From positions 81,321 to 145,320 of the forward strand of contig JBBTQW010000002.1 in NCBI GenBank assembly GCA_038065495.1: a stretch of DNA of 64,000 nt, read 5' to 3'. Below, piece after piece: positions 28,818-38,266 of the stretch (position 1 is the stretch's first letter; each line of letters starts with the position of its first letter). Made by a program: the position numbers and the translations under genes. Source of the stretch: Patescibacteria group bacterium (lineage in GTDB: Bacteria > Patescibacteriota > Minisyncoccia > Phycocordibacterales > JACOZG01). The notes beneath the pieces were generated by a model. That model searched no databases. It was not told the origin of the DNA and saw only the letters and a program-made list of their open reading frames with translations.

Positions 28818-28866
28818 GCCTGACAGTGTATGGCTTTTTCGCCCTTTTTACAATATAGTGAGGCTC

Positions 28867-30792
28867 ATGAAAATCGTCACAGTCATCCCCATTTCTCGAG
28901 GTATTTTTCGCGAATATCTCACTTATTTTACAGCGCAAGAAGTGGAAGCTGGCGACTTGGCAAAAATTGTGGTGAGAAACAAGGCAACTAGTGCTTTGAT
29001 CATCAAAACCGAATCACTAAGTAATTCTGCTTCCACAAAAAGCGAGCTAAGATCAGCCGAGTTTAAATTAAAAAAACTGGGTCTAGTTATTACTAAACAG
29101 TTTCTGGATAAGCAAGTAATTAACGCGGCACAAGAAACCGCTGATTATTACGCGAGTAGTCTGGGTGTGGTGCTAAAAAGTTTACTGCCGCAAGCTTTGC
29201 TCACGAATAACAAAACCCGCAAAAATAATAAAAAGACAGAAACAGAATTAGCTAAATCAGAAACAGGGAAAGCAGAGATCAAGACAGAAAAGTTAGCTTT
29301 GCAAGATAGCGACTTGGAAAGATTAACTTATTACAAAAGTCTGATCCGCGAGGAATTTGCCAAAAAGTGTTCGGTCCTGATCTGCTTTGCCAGCTTGGCA
29401 GAACTGATGAATGCGAAAAATATTCTCGAAAAAGGCATCAGCGCTTACACTGTAATTTTACACAGTCAGTTGAGTCCAAAAGTTTTCCTTGAGACTTGGC
29501 ACGAGGCTGTTACAAATAAACATCCAGTTTTGATCTTAACTACCGTTTCTGGCTTAACTCTGCCCCGCAACGATTTATCGACAATAATTCTAGAACGGGA
29601 AAGTGCGGCGGCTTATCGCGGTTTCGCCCGGCCATTTATTGATTATAGATACTTTGCCGAAAAGCTCGCGCAAGCGAAAAGTTTAAAATTAATTTTGGGT
29701 GATATTTTATTGCGACCAGAGACTGGTTATAGATTAGAAAATCGAGAAATTATGCCAGTGCAAGCGCCACGCGCGCGGCTGGCCAGCTTGAACGAAACAA
29801 AATTATTGAATGTGGCTGGCAGTGATATTTTGACCACAGAAGTAAAAAGTTTAATTGCTGAAACTAATCACAGCCACGAGAAAATTTTCTTGCTGGCGAA
29901 CAGACGCGGCTTAGCGCCACTGATTGTGTGCGACGACTGCGGCCAAGCCATGCTCTGCGGCAACTGCGGCGCGCCGGTAGTGCTCCATCAGGCAGAAAAA
30001 GCTCAACAAGGCATCAAAGAGACCACTATTTTCCGCTGTCACCAGTGCGGCGAGACTAGAACGTCAGAAGAAAAGTGCAAACACTGCCAGAGTTGGCGCT
30101 TGCGGGCGCTAGGTACAGGAATTGAGAAAGTGGCCGCAGAATTGAAGACACTAGCGCCACACCGCGCGATCTTCCAGCTCGATAGCGATCATATTAAGAC
30201 CTACAAACAAGCGAGTGACTTAATGACTAAATTTTATCAGAGCCAGAATGGCATACTGTTGGGGACAGAAATGGCGCTAAATTATTTAGCAGAAGCCGAA
30301 AAAGTAGCGCACAGTGTGGTAGTAACCGTTGACGCAATGCTCGCGCTACCAGACTTCCGCATTAGCGAGCGCGTCTTTACGCTCATCTCGCGCCTGCGTG
30401 CACTAACGAGCAAAACGCTCTTGATCCAGACCAGGCAGGAACAAAATGAAACACTAGCGCAAGCCGAGCGCGGCAATTTATTAGAATTTTACCGGAGCGA
30501 AATTGCTCTGCGTGAGAAATTAGTTTATCCGCCATTCTCGCTACTCATCAAGATCACACGCGAGGCAACGACAACCGAAAATCGTCAGATTTTTAAGCTC
30601 TTAGCGCAACGTTTAGAAAAATACGAGCCAGCGGTTTATCCGGCTCTGCACCAGCCCGGCAAGCACATCTCGCGTTTAAATTTATTACTCAAGTTAAAAA
30701 CAAGCAACTGGCCGGATGCTGAACTTGCGAACAAATTAAAAGCCTTGCCGCCAGACTTTGTTATCCATGTTGACCCAGAATCAGTTTTGTGA
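28867..30792 (+). CDS. priA: primosomal protein N' (PriA)-like; Cys-rich zinc-binding region retained, helicase Walker A and B motifs apparently absent
   Basis: N-terminal 3'-DNA-binding-domain pattern (MKIVTVIPISRGIFREYLTYF...GDLAKIVVRNK) and CDDCGQAMLCGNCGAP...CHQCGE...CKHCQ zinc fingers. Start set at the ATG after a GTGAGG RBS, because the ORF-track start overlaps mreB. Confidence 0.6.
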   Translation: MKIVTVIPISRGIFREYLTYFTAQEVEAGDLAKIVVRNKATSALIIKTESLSNSASTKSELRSAEFKLKKLGLVITKQFLDKQVINAAQETADYYASSLGVVLKSLLPQALLTNNKTRKNNKKTETELAKSETGKAEIKTEKLALQDSDLERLTYYKSLIREEFAKKCSVLICFASLAELMNAKNILEKGISAYTVILHSQLSPKVFLETWHEAVTNKHPVLILTTVSGLTLPRNDLSTIILERESAAAYRGFARPFIDYRYFAEKLAQAKSLKLILGDILLRPETGYRLENREIMPVQAPRARLASLNETKLLNVAGSDILTTEVKSLIAETNHSHEKIFLLANRRGLAPLIVCDDCGQAMLCGNCGAPVVLHQAEKAQQGIKETTIFRCHQCGETRTSEEKCKHCQSWRLRALGTGIEKVAAELKTLAPHRAIFQLDSDHIKTYKQASDLMTKFYQSQNGILLGTEMALNYLAEAEKVAHSVVVTVDAMLALPDFRISERVFTLISRLRALTSKTLLIQTRQEQNETLAQAERGNLLEFYRSEIALREKLVYPPFSLLIKITREATTTENRQIFKLLAQRLEKYEPAVYPALHQPGKHISRLNLLLKLKTSNWPDAELANKLKALPPDFVIHVDPESVL

Positions 30793-30821
30793 GATAATTA
30801 CGAAATAAAAATAAAGAAATT

Positions 30822-31340
30822 ATGCAAAAGATAGTCCAAAAAGATGCGGCAGTTTTGAGACAAATTGCTAAAGCGGTTACTAGACCAGAATTCAATTCGC
30901 CAGCGCTCAAGACGCTCTTGCGTGACATGAGCGCGAGTCTAGCACAGGAACCGGACGGCATCGCTCTCGCTGCGCCCCAGATCGGCGTGAGTAAGCGCGT
31001 CTTCATCGTCTCTCACAAAATTTCTGGCGAGAATAATGAGAAGACAGAAGTAAGGCCAGATCTCGTCTTCATCAATCCGGTGATTACTAAACTGTCAAAA
31101 AAGAAGAAGTTGCTCGAAGAAGGTTGTTTATCTGTCCGGCCAATCTATGGCGAAGTCGCCAGAGCTGAGAAAGCGAGCGTAGAAGCTTATGATGAAACCG
31201 GTCAGAAATTTACACGTCACGGTTCTGGCTTGCTCGCGCAGATTTTTCAACACGAAATCGATCACTTGAACGGGATTCTGTTTATTGATAAAGCTGAAAA
31301 CTTGCACGAAATCTTGCCAGAGGAACTAGAAAACAGCTAA
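30822..31340 (+). CDS. def: peptide deformylase
   Basis: GIALAAPQIG, EGCLS and QHEIDHLNG motifs. Confidence 0.9.
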   Translation: MQKIVQKDAAVLRQIAKAVTRPEFNSPALKTLLRDMSASLAQEPDGIALAAPQIGVSKRVFIVSHKISGENNEKTEVRPDLVFINPVITKLSKKKKLLEEGCLSVRPIYGEVARAEKASVEAYDETGQKFTRHGSGLLAQIFQHEIDHLNGILFIDKAENLHEILPEELENS

Positions 31341-31355
31341 AAATAAAAATCTAAA

Positions 31356-32207
31356 ATGCTTAATTTTGCTTTCTTCGGCACAGATGAATTCGCGGTTGGA
31401 GTTCTAGAACAGTTGAAAAATAAAAATTTCCTGCCGAGTTTGATCATCACCACGCCAGATAAACCCAAAGGCCGGAAATTAGTGCTCACTCCCCCACCAG
31501 TCAAGATCTGGGCGGAAAATAATAAAATAAAATATTTACAACCAGAAAAATTAAAAGAGTTTAAATTAGAAAATAATTCAGAAAATAGTTTTGAAATTTT
31601 TGTCGTCGCTTCTTATGGCAAAATAATTCCCAAAAATATTCTAGATTTGCCAACGTTTGGCACGCTCAATCTTCATCCTTCACTGCTCCCGAAATATCGC
31701 GGACCCACGCCAATCCAAACGGCAATCTTAAATTCTGACAAAGAACCAGAAACTGGCATAAGCGTGATGCTCGTAGATGAAGAAGTCGATCACGGACCAG
31801 TGCTAGTAGCTGCTAGCTGTGAGCTTGGAGCGATGAGCTTTCTGAAACTTAGAGAAAAATTAGCCAAGCTCGGCGCGGACTTGCTTGCCGAGGTGATGCC
31901 AAAATGGACTGCCGGAGAAATAGAAGCGCAAGCACAAGATCACGCGCAAGCGACTTTCACAAAAAAGATAAATAAATCAGCTGGCGAAATAATTCTAGAC
32001 GAAAAAAATAGTGAAATAAACTACCGAAAATTTCTCGCCTACACGCCATGGCCGGGCATTTACTTCTTCGACCAGCAAAACAAGCGCGTGAAAATTACAG
32101 CTGCGAGTTTAGAAAACAATGTTTTTGTAATAAAAAAGGTCGTCCCGGAGGGACGACCTGAGATGCGTTGGGAGGATTGGGAGCGAGGATTAGCTAGAAA
32201 CTACTGA
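31356..32207 (+). CDS. fmt: methionyl-tRNA formyltransferase
   Basis: Formyltransferase N-domain (FFGTDEFAV, SLLPKYRG) and C-terminal tRNA-binding domain; follows def. Confidence 0.85.
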   Translation: MLNFAFFGTDEFAVGVLEQLKNKNFLPSLIITTPDKPKGRKLVLTPPPVKIWAENNKIKYLQPEKLKEFKLENNSENSFEIFVVASYGKIIPKNILDLPTFGTLNLHPSLLPKYRGPTPIQTAILNSDKEPETGISVMLVDEEVDHGPVLVAASCELGAMSFLKLREKLAKLGADLLAEVMPKWTAGEIEAQAQDHAQATFTKKINKSAGEIILDEKNSEINYRKFLAYTPWPGIYFFDQQNKRVKITAASLENNVFVIKKVVPEGRPEMRWEDWERGLARNY

Positions 32208-32951
32208 ACGGGAACGCAAGTGCCCGAGGAGGCGGTCGCGATCCGTCCAATCGACGCAGAGCCTGCAGTCGCCCGAGGCATAGAGCACGAACGGCACACG
32301 GCCATCTGAGTAACGGGAACCGGCACAGAGAGTCCAGTTCTCGATGTCTAAATGCCTACCCGTCTCCCAGTGATAGAAGAGTTCCAGCAAGAGCCGCTCC
32401 AGCAGAGTCATGCCCAAATGGTCACGCGACTGAAGGTCATCAGCCGAGAGATTTTTATTCTCCTCATCGGCCTCCACTCGATCGCGGATCCAGATGGCGT
32501 AGTTCTGGGTGGGCTCACGGTCATTGTGGACAATTGCTCCGTTGAGATCCTCCGTCCAGCGCCAACTGGGGAAACTCTTGGCACAGATGCCGAAAACTTG
32601 ATTGCAATCCAAGCCCTTCAGCACCACCACGAGCCGGTAGAAACCCGCTCGCCTCAATGGCACTCGGAGCTTCTTGAACTCCGCCCGCAAAGTGCTCGAC
32701 TTGATGCCGAAGACGAGACGATAGAAGTTCTGCCAGCGCTCGAGCCACTTGTCCCGCGCCAGAATAGCCTTGACCGGCGCACTGGGATCAGATCTCGACT
32801 CCAGCTTCAGCCAGCAAGTCTCCTTGCGGAGAAACTTCTTGCCTTCGGCGAGCCACAGTTCGCCATCCTCGCCCGCCAATCTCTCTTCCAATTCCGCTCT
32901 CAGTCCCTGCACCGCAGAGAGTGGGAGCCTGCCGAGCATGTGCTTAGACAT
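32190..32951 (-). CDS. hypothetical protein (about 254 aa), GC-rich relative to flanks; no recognised domain
   Basis: Start set at the ATG with an AAGGAAGGAG RBS 6 nt upstream. The 3' end overlaps the convergent fmt by 18 bp. Composition is visibly GC-richer than its neighbours. Confidence 0.5.
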   Translation of the reverse strand: MSKHMLGRLPLSAVQGLRAELEERLAGEDGELWLAEGKKFLRKETCWLKLESRSDPSAPVKAILARDKWLERWQNFYRLVFGIKSSTLRAEFKKLRVPLRRAGFYRLVVVLKGLDCNQVFGICAKSFPSWRWTEDLNGAIVHNDREPTQNYAIWIRDRVEADEENKNLSADDLQSRDHLGMTLLERLLLELFYHWETGRHLDIENWTLCAGSRYSDGRVPFVLYASGDCRLCVDWTDRDRLLGHLRSRSVVSS

Positions 32952-33067
32952 GGTCAGCTCCTTCCTTGTGAAAGGTCTAATCTCGGTCACTGCCGAGCCA
33001 GTTGTCCCGCAACACGCGAGGACCTCAACCCCCATTATACACCCAAGCGCTCCATTTTGTCAATCCC

Positions 33068-33721
33068 CTACTTAATTTCCACTTTTTCGATTTTCACATC
33101 TTCTAATGGATGCGCGTTTTCGTTCACTTTCACCTGTTCGATTTTATCGACAACTTCCATGCCGGCAATTACTCGCCCGAAGGGCGTGTGCTTGCCGTCC
33201 AGCCAGTCCGTGGCTGGCGCGGTGATGATGAAGAACTGCGAGCCGTTCGTATCTGGCCCGGCGTTCGCCATCGCGAGAATCCCACGCACTAATTTAGTAT
33301 CGTTACCGGCAAACTCATCGGCAAACTTGTAGCCCGGATCGCCCGTGCCGTGAATGGCAAAATTACTTGGTTGAGACTTAGTGAGTGGATCGCCACCTTG
33401 GATCATAAAAGTCTTAATAACTCTGTGGAATAAAGTGCCGTCATAAAAGTTACGTTTAGTTAACTTTAAGAAATTTTCAACCGTCTTGGGTGCTTTGTCG
33501 GCAAAAAGCTCAAGCGTAATATCGCCCAGATTGGTGTGGAGAATAACTTGTGGATTTGTGTTCATGTTAGTTTTAGTATCTTTAATTTTTTCTATTTTTT
33601 CTTGCTGTTCGGGTCTTTTGGGATCAGTGTGGCTTTTTTTATAGTTATAATTGTTGTACCAATTCCAAGCAAAGACCACGACAACAGCCAGAACAATTAC
33701 ACCCAAAATTTTGTTATTCAT
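33068..33721 (-). CDS. ppiB: cyclophilin-type peptidyl-prolyl cis-trans isomerase, membrane-anchored
   Basis: N-terminal TM helix; HRVIKTFMIQGGDP and following cyclophilin motifs. Confidence 0.85.
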   Translation of the reverse strand: MNNKILGVIVLAVVVVFAWNWYNNYNYKKSHTDPKRPEQQEKIEKIKDTKTNMNTNPQVILHTNLGDITLELFADKAPKTVENFLKLTKRNFYDGTLFHRVIKTFMIQGGDPLTKSQPSNFAIHGTGDPGYKFADEFAGNDTKLVRGILAMANAGPDTNGSQFFIITAPATDWLDGKHTPFGRVIAGMEVVDKIEQVKVNENAHPLEDVKIEKVEIK

Positions 33722-33742
33722 AATTTTTTATAATTTTATTTC

Positions 33743-34123
33743 TTACTGTCTCTTCCACGGATTAATACTTCTTAACATGTTCTTGATTCTCCGCCCACCG
33801 CGGCGCAAGAGTGTGTGACGTTTGCCATGCCAACGTTTGATCTCGCTAATTATCTCGTCCTGCATTTCGTCAATCGCCGCGTACAGGTCGTCCTTATTAG
33901 CACTCGCGTGGAGACTCCGACCACTGAGTAGAATGGTTATTTCGGCCTTGAAAAAGTCGCCATTCTTATGATGTTGTGTGGTTTTGGCCAAGTTTACCTC
34001 CGCCCGGGCAATTGCTCGCTCAGACTCCGTAATAAACTTCTCGACGTGGGCCAATTTCTCATGCAAATAAGCCTCCAGCGCGTCTGTGAGCTCGAGGCCA
34101 GTCGTTTTGATATTTATATTCAT
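33743..34123 (-). CDS. hpf: ribosome hibernation promoting factor (HPF/RaiA family)
   Basis: MNINIKTTGLELTDALEAYLHEKL... matches the S30AE/HPF family. Confidence 0.8.
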   Translation of the reverse strand: MNINIKTTGLELTDALEAYLHEKLAHVEKFITESERAIARAEVNLAKTTQHHKNGDFFKAEITILLSGRSLHASANKDDLYAAIDEMQDEIISEIKRWHGKRHTLLRRGGRRIKNMLRSINPWKRQ

Positions 34124-34611
34124 AAAGTTAGTATAACAAAAACCAGCGCTATCAGTAAAATTTGCAAAAACGGACCCAAGATCATTCTCTTATTTAGGCG
34201 CCAATCAGTGTGAATCCAAACATGGAACTTCTGCAACAATTTGAGTACTGGCCACTCTAATTTAAAATAAGCAAATTGCAGAAAGTCTGGCAAAACAGCA
34301 CCGATTAAGCCCCAAATCACCGCACTATTTAACTGCCAAGCTAAAAAATTAACAGCGAAAAGTAAAACTAGCAAGCCGAGCAATAAATCTAAAAATATTT
34401 TCGCGAGATCAAAAACGAAATCGCGATTAATGGCCATGCGCGGATCAAGCGGATTCTCCGGATCAAACTTGTGTGTCCGTAACGGATAATCCCAATGCGG
34501 GACTGCATCGAGCAAAAAGTGTGATAAAAAGCCGGAGAGAAAGGCTAGCGCCGGGTTGCTAATAACTTGCCCAAGTGCCGCGCCAGTAATAAGATGTGTG
34601 GCTAGAACCAT
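34120..34611 (-). CDS. membrane-bound metal-dependent hydrolase (DUF457/YdjM-like)
   Basis: Polytopic protein with an H-x3-D-x3-H motif (SHFLLDAVPH). Confidence 0.5.
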   Translation of the reverse strand: MVLATHLITGAALGQVISNPALAFLSGFLSHFLLDAVPHWDYPLRTHKFDPENPLDPRMAINRDFVFDLAKIFLDLLLGLLVLLFAVNFLAWQLNSAVIWGLIGAVLPDFLQFAYFKLEWPVLKLLQKFHVWIHTDWRLNKRMILGPFLQILLIALVFVILTL

Positions 34612-34629
34612 GTTTTTGTTTTTAAAAAA

Positions 34630-35910
34630 TTATTTAAACTCCTGTTGACCAACTGGATTACAAACCGGGCAAGATTCTGACAAAACATGTGTCTCGCCGA
34701 AAGCGAGCAAAGCCTGACGAAATGGCAAAATGGAAATAAAATATCTAAAATCAGCTAGCCGACGAAATATCCAGCCCAAGTAGCCATAGAGCGTGAGGGA
34801 GCCAAGCACTGTCGCCGCCCAGTCCGGGCCAACGGGAATGGACGAAAACGGCACCTCCGGCCGATAAACCCGCACCGCCTGACCAAGTGCAAGCGCTTGG
34901 AAAGCCCGAGCCACGTGGGCGCCATCACGCGCCGCGGTGCTGGCCAGGCCACTGTACTTGGTGGCCGCGCAATCACCAACCACAAACACGTTTGGGATAC
35001 TACTGGTGCCATCCAGGGCAAGCATGGGCCGGAGCGCACCATCCACCAGCACGCGGCTTTTTTTATCAAAGCGTAAACCCGGGACACCAGCCAGCAAACT
35101 GTGAGTTTTGACACCAGCTGTCCAGATGATTGTCTTAGATCTAATCGTCATATCGCCAAGCTCAATACTGTTTACTTCTTCTCGCTTCAAGACTCTGTTT
35201 AAGAACACATTTACACCCAAGCCGTGCAAACGGGCTTTTACTCTCTCCGAAACTGGGGCTGGCAAAGCCGGCAACAATCTGGGTGCGGCTTCGATTAGAT
35301 CTACAGTCACGAGCGCCGGCTCCAAACCGTGCTTCTCGGCCAATCGCCGGCCATAGATCGCTAGCTCACCAGCCAGCTCCACGCCCGAGGCTCCACCGCC
35401 AACCACCACCAAGTGCGCGCCGCAGACTTTGTCATCGCCCGTCGCTGTGCCGGCCGCGCAACTCTGGAATAGCTCATGCAAATGTGATTTTAACTTTAAT
35501 GCTTCGGCAATAGATTTGAAACCAAACGAGAACTCCGGCAAGCCGCTGATACCAAAGTAACTCGTCTCACTGCCCAGCGCAATGACTAAATAATCAAAAC
35601 TGTAACGCGAACCGGATTGGCCGGTTAATATTTTCCCAGCTAAATCTATTTTATTAATCCGGTCGCCAATTATTTCTATTTTTTCTTTCTGTTTATTTTT
35701 CTGATCGCGATAAGGCGCAAAAATTTGTTCCAATGGCACGCACACTTCCAGCGGCGAGCGGCCGGTGACCACACGATACAGCGCCGCGTGATACTCAAAG
35801 TGCGGTTTGTCGCTAATTAGTTTTATCTCAAACTCTGGCAGATTTAACTTGGCTAAATTTAAGGCTGTACTCACACCGCCAAAACCGCCACCGAGAATCA
35901 CAATTTTCAT
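34630..35910 (-). CDS. ndh: type II NADH dehydrogenase (NDH-2; FAD/NAD(P)-binding oxidoreductase)
   Basis: MKIVILGGGFGGV and VVVGGGASGVELAGEL dinucleotide-binding motifs. The upstream in-frame extension in the ORF track is considered spurious. Confidence 0.8.
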   Translation of the reverse strand: MKIVILGGGFGGVSTALNLAKLNLPEFEIKLISDKPHFEYHAALYRVVTGRSPLEVCVPLEQIFAPYRDQKNKQKEKIEIIGDRINKIDLAGKILTGQSGSRYSFDYLVIALGSETSYFGISGLPEFSFGFKSIAEALKLKSHLHELFQSCAAGTATGDDKVCGAHLVVVGGGASGVELAGELAIYGRRLAEKHGLEPALVTVDLIEAAPRLLPALPAPVSERVKARLHGLGVNVFLNRVLKREEVNSIELGDMTIRSKTIIWTAGVKTHSLLAGVPGLRFDKKSRVLVDGALRPMLALDGTSSIPNVFVVGDCAATKYSGLASTAARDGAHVARAFQALALGQAVRVYRPEVPFSSIPVGPDWAATVLGSLTLYGYLGWIFRRLADFRYFISILPFRQALLAFGETHVLSESCPVCNPVGQQEFK

Positions 35911-35989
35911 TACATCTATTTTAGCATAACAAAAGCCGTCTGCAGAAATATTTTTATGAGAAATACTGCGAGACGGCTTATTGCACCCT

Positions 35990-36190
35990 TTAACCGCGCT
36001 GTCCATAAAGTCTCCTCCATGCTTCGCTAAATTTTCCACTCGCTGTGTTGTAGAGTTCTTGCCATTTGGTTTTATCCAACGGCAGTTTACTCACAACATG
36101 CGTAAGGCCATAGGCCCGACGCATAAACGTTTCTTCCACATCATCCAGATCTGCTAGTCTCACAACTTGCACAAACTTGGCTTCGTCCAT
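35990..36190 (-). CDS. small hypothetical protein (66 aa) with a perfect Shine-Dalgarno sequence
   Basis: AAAGGAGGTGA lies 7-8 nt upstream of the ATG; protein-like composition. Confidence 0.5.
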   Translation of the reverse strand: MDEAKFVQVVRLADLDDVEETFMRRAYGLTHVVSKLPLDKTKWQELYNTASGKFSEAWRRLYGQRG

Positions 36191-36285
36191 TTTTCATCAC
36201 CTCCTTTCGGTGTTCAAGAAAAGTTCAAGAGACTAATTTTAGTCTAGCAAATTTAAACTATTCTAGCCAGCCAAAATCGATTTAC

Positions 36286-37149
36286 TTATTTGCGAGCGAC
36301 AAGCACAGATTGAGGATTAAAAACATCTCGTCTATCAGGAAAACCTAAAAATCGAGACTTCGTAACAGTAAATCCAGCTTCTTTTAAAATTTCGTTCCAA
36401 TCCTCAAGGGTTCGATAAGCAAAGGGCACAGGCATGGCTGTCCTCATACTAAATACTCGATTGGCAATCCAATCATTTACACCCACAACCTTGTGGCGTT
36501 CTACTGGATTTAATTTCATGAAATCTTCATACTGATTTTGCCCTAATTCTGGCGGTAAGATTTGAGAATAAGCATCTTCGAGAATGATCAACGTTGCGCC
36601 AGCATTTAGAACTTCATGCAAAGACTGCAAATATCTTTTTTGCTGATCATACTCCATATGATGCAAGACCCAAGTAATAGTGACGATGCCTGGTTTTTCT
36701 TTCGCCACAAAAGATAAAAAATCATTTTCTTGAACTACTTCGAATCTGGCCCCCTCTTTCTTTAGATTTTCCCATTCGGGATTCTGCTTAATATCGATAC
36801 CAACAATTTCACTGTTTGTACCACGATTGATTAAAAGTTTGATTAAAGTGCCAAGACCGCAACCCAAATCGAGAACTTTTCCACCATTCGGCACTTCAGA
36901 GACGATGTATTCAGAAAAATATTCGGGCACTAGCTCGCCAAAAAAGTGTTCCAGCTCAATTTTTCTCAATTCGTCTTTGTGTCTTTCAATAAAAACAGGC
37001 AAATCAAGTTTAGTAATATTTTCCAGAAATTCGCTAATTAACAACTGCGAGAAACCCAAACTGGTCATTGATTCATGTAAATTTCTTACGATAAAATCGC
37101 GCAACTTAGCGTCAGATAAAACGTCTCTGAGCAAATCATGATATTCCAT
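36286..37149 (-). CDS. class I SAM-dependent methyltransferase
   Basis: Motif I VLDLGCGLGT, acidic post-I and motif II regions. Confidence 0.7.
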   Translation of the reverse strand: MEYHDLLRDVLSDAKLRDFIVRNLHESMTSLGFSQLLISEFLENITKLDLPVFIERHKDELRKIELEHFFGELVPEYFSEYIVSEVPNGGKVLDLGCGLGTLIKLLINRGTNSEIVGIDIKQNPEWENLKKEGARFEVVQENDFLSFVAKEKPGIVTITWVLHHMEYDQQKRYLQSLHEVLNAGATLIILEDAYSQILPPELGQNQYEDFMKLNPVERHKVVGVNDWIANRVFSMRTAMPVPFAYRTLEDWNEILKEAGFTVTKSRFLGFPDRRDVFNPQSVLVARK

Positions 37150-37157
37150 AAGAGCAA

Positions 37158-38219
37158 CTATTTTCCTTCGGCAAACTTTTCAACAATCAGTCTCGCCTCT
37201 TGGTCAGTAGATTGTCGAAGTGGATGTTTGAAAAAGTAAGAACTCCACTCTTGATAACCAGAAAGCGAGCGATCTAGAGCCAACTTCATTGCTCTAATTG
37301 CGTCCACCATTACTCCGGCACTGTTCGGACTGTCTTCAACGCTTAACTTAGTTTCTATCTCAAACGGCACATCGCCAAATTGTCGCCCTCTAATATTAAT
37401 GTAAGCAATTTTATTGTCTTTAAGGTGTGGCACATAATCAACGTTACCAAGCTTGATCGCACCAATCTTTCCATGCCAAGCAACGGATTCTGTTTTTGAC
37501 TCGCGCTTAAACTGACACCGTTCCCCAGTCATCATGTTTTCGAAATCCGTGTTACCACCAATATCAAGCTGATAAGTATCGTCAACAGATTGTCCACGAT
37601 CAAGCACAAGTTGGGTCAAGGCGCGATGAACAATAGTCGCTCCTACTTGGCTCTTGATATCGTCTCCAGCACAAGGGATACCTGCTTCGGCAAAACGTTT
37701 CGACCACTTTTCATCGCTAGACACAAATACGGGAATCGCATTGATAAAAGCAATTTTATGTTCTAACGCTTTCTCCGCCCAGAAGTGAGTAGCCTTGATC
37801 GATCCGACTGGCAAATAACTTACCAATATCTCTGCGCCACTTTCCTTCAAAATAGAATCCACATCATTGGGTTGGCTTACAAGCGGAAACTTATCTTGCA
37901 TGTGAGTTGCAATACCATCAAGAATCGGTCCTGCAAATACCCTTACTCCCGTATTTGGAACCTCAGAAAATTTTGTAGTGCAATTTGGTTCAGCAAAAAT
38001 TGCTTCGCCGATATCTTTGCCAACCTTGTTGGCGTTAACATCAAAAGCAGCAACTATTTTGATATCTCTAATTAAGTAACCACCAAAATTATTTTTCATT
38101 AGTCCCACAACTGGCTCAGATTTTTCGTCCACATTTTTATAGTATTCAAGTCCCTGAATGAGAGAGCTTGCGCAGTTACCTAAACCAACGATAGCTACTT
38201 TTATTTTTTGATCTTTCAT
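37158..38219 (-). CDS. ino1: myo-inositol-1-phosphate synthase (archaeal/actinobacterial short type)
   Basis: KVAIVGLGNCASSLIQGLEYY N-terminal NAD-binding motif and overall length match the MIPS family. Confidence 0.65.
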   Translation of the reverse strand: MKDQKIKVAIVGLGNCASSLIQGLEYYKNVDEKSEPVVGLMKNNFGGYLIRDIKIVAAFDVNANKVGKDIGEAIFAEPNCTTKFSEVPNTGVRVFAGPILDGIATHMQDKFPLVSQPNDVDSILKESGAEILVSYLPVGSIKATHFWAEKALEHKIAFINAIPVFVSSDEKWSKRFAEAGIPCAGDDIKSQVGATIVHRALTQLVLDRGQSVDDTYQLDIGGNTDFENMMTGERCQFKRESKTESVAWHGKIGAIKLGNVDYVPHLKDNKIAYINIRGRQFGDVPFEIETKLSVEDSPNSAGVMVDAIRAMKLALDRSLSGYQEWSSYFFKHPLRQSTDQEARLIVEKFAEGK

Positions 38220-38266
38220 TATTTTTATAATAACAAAAAAAACTGCTTCACTAAAATATTCTAGCT

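Noticed and set aside
28651-28866. N-terminal 72-codon extension of the priA-like ORF in the ORF track
   Set aside because: It overlaps the 3' end of the minus-strand mreB paralog by ~165 bp. A downstream ATG with a GTGAGG RBS begins the recognisable PriA N-terminal domain.
32352-33332. 326-aa plus-strand ORF across the GC-rich region
   Set aside because: It runs antisense through both the 32190..32951 gene, which has a perfect RBS, and the ppiB gene. This is GC-rich shadow-ORF behaviour.
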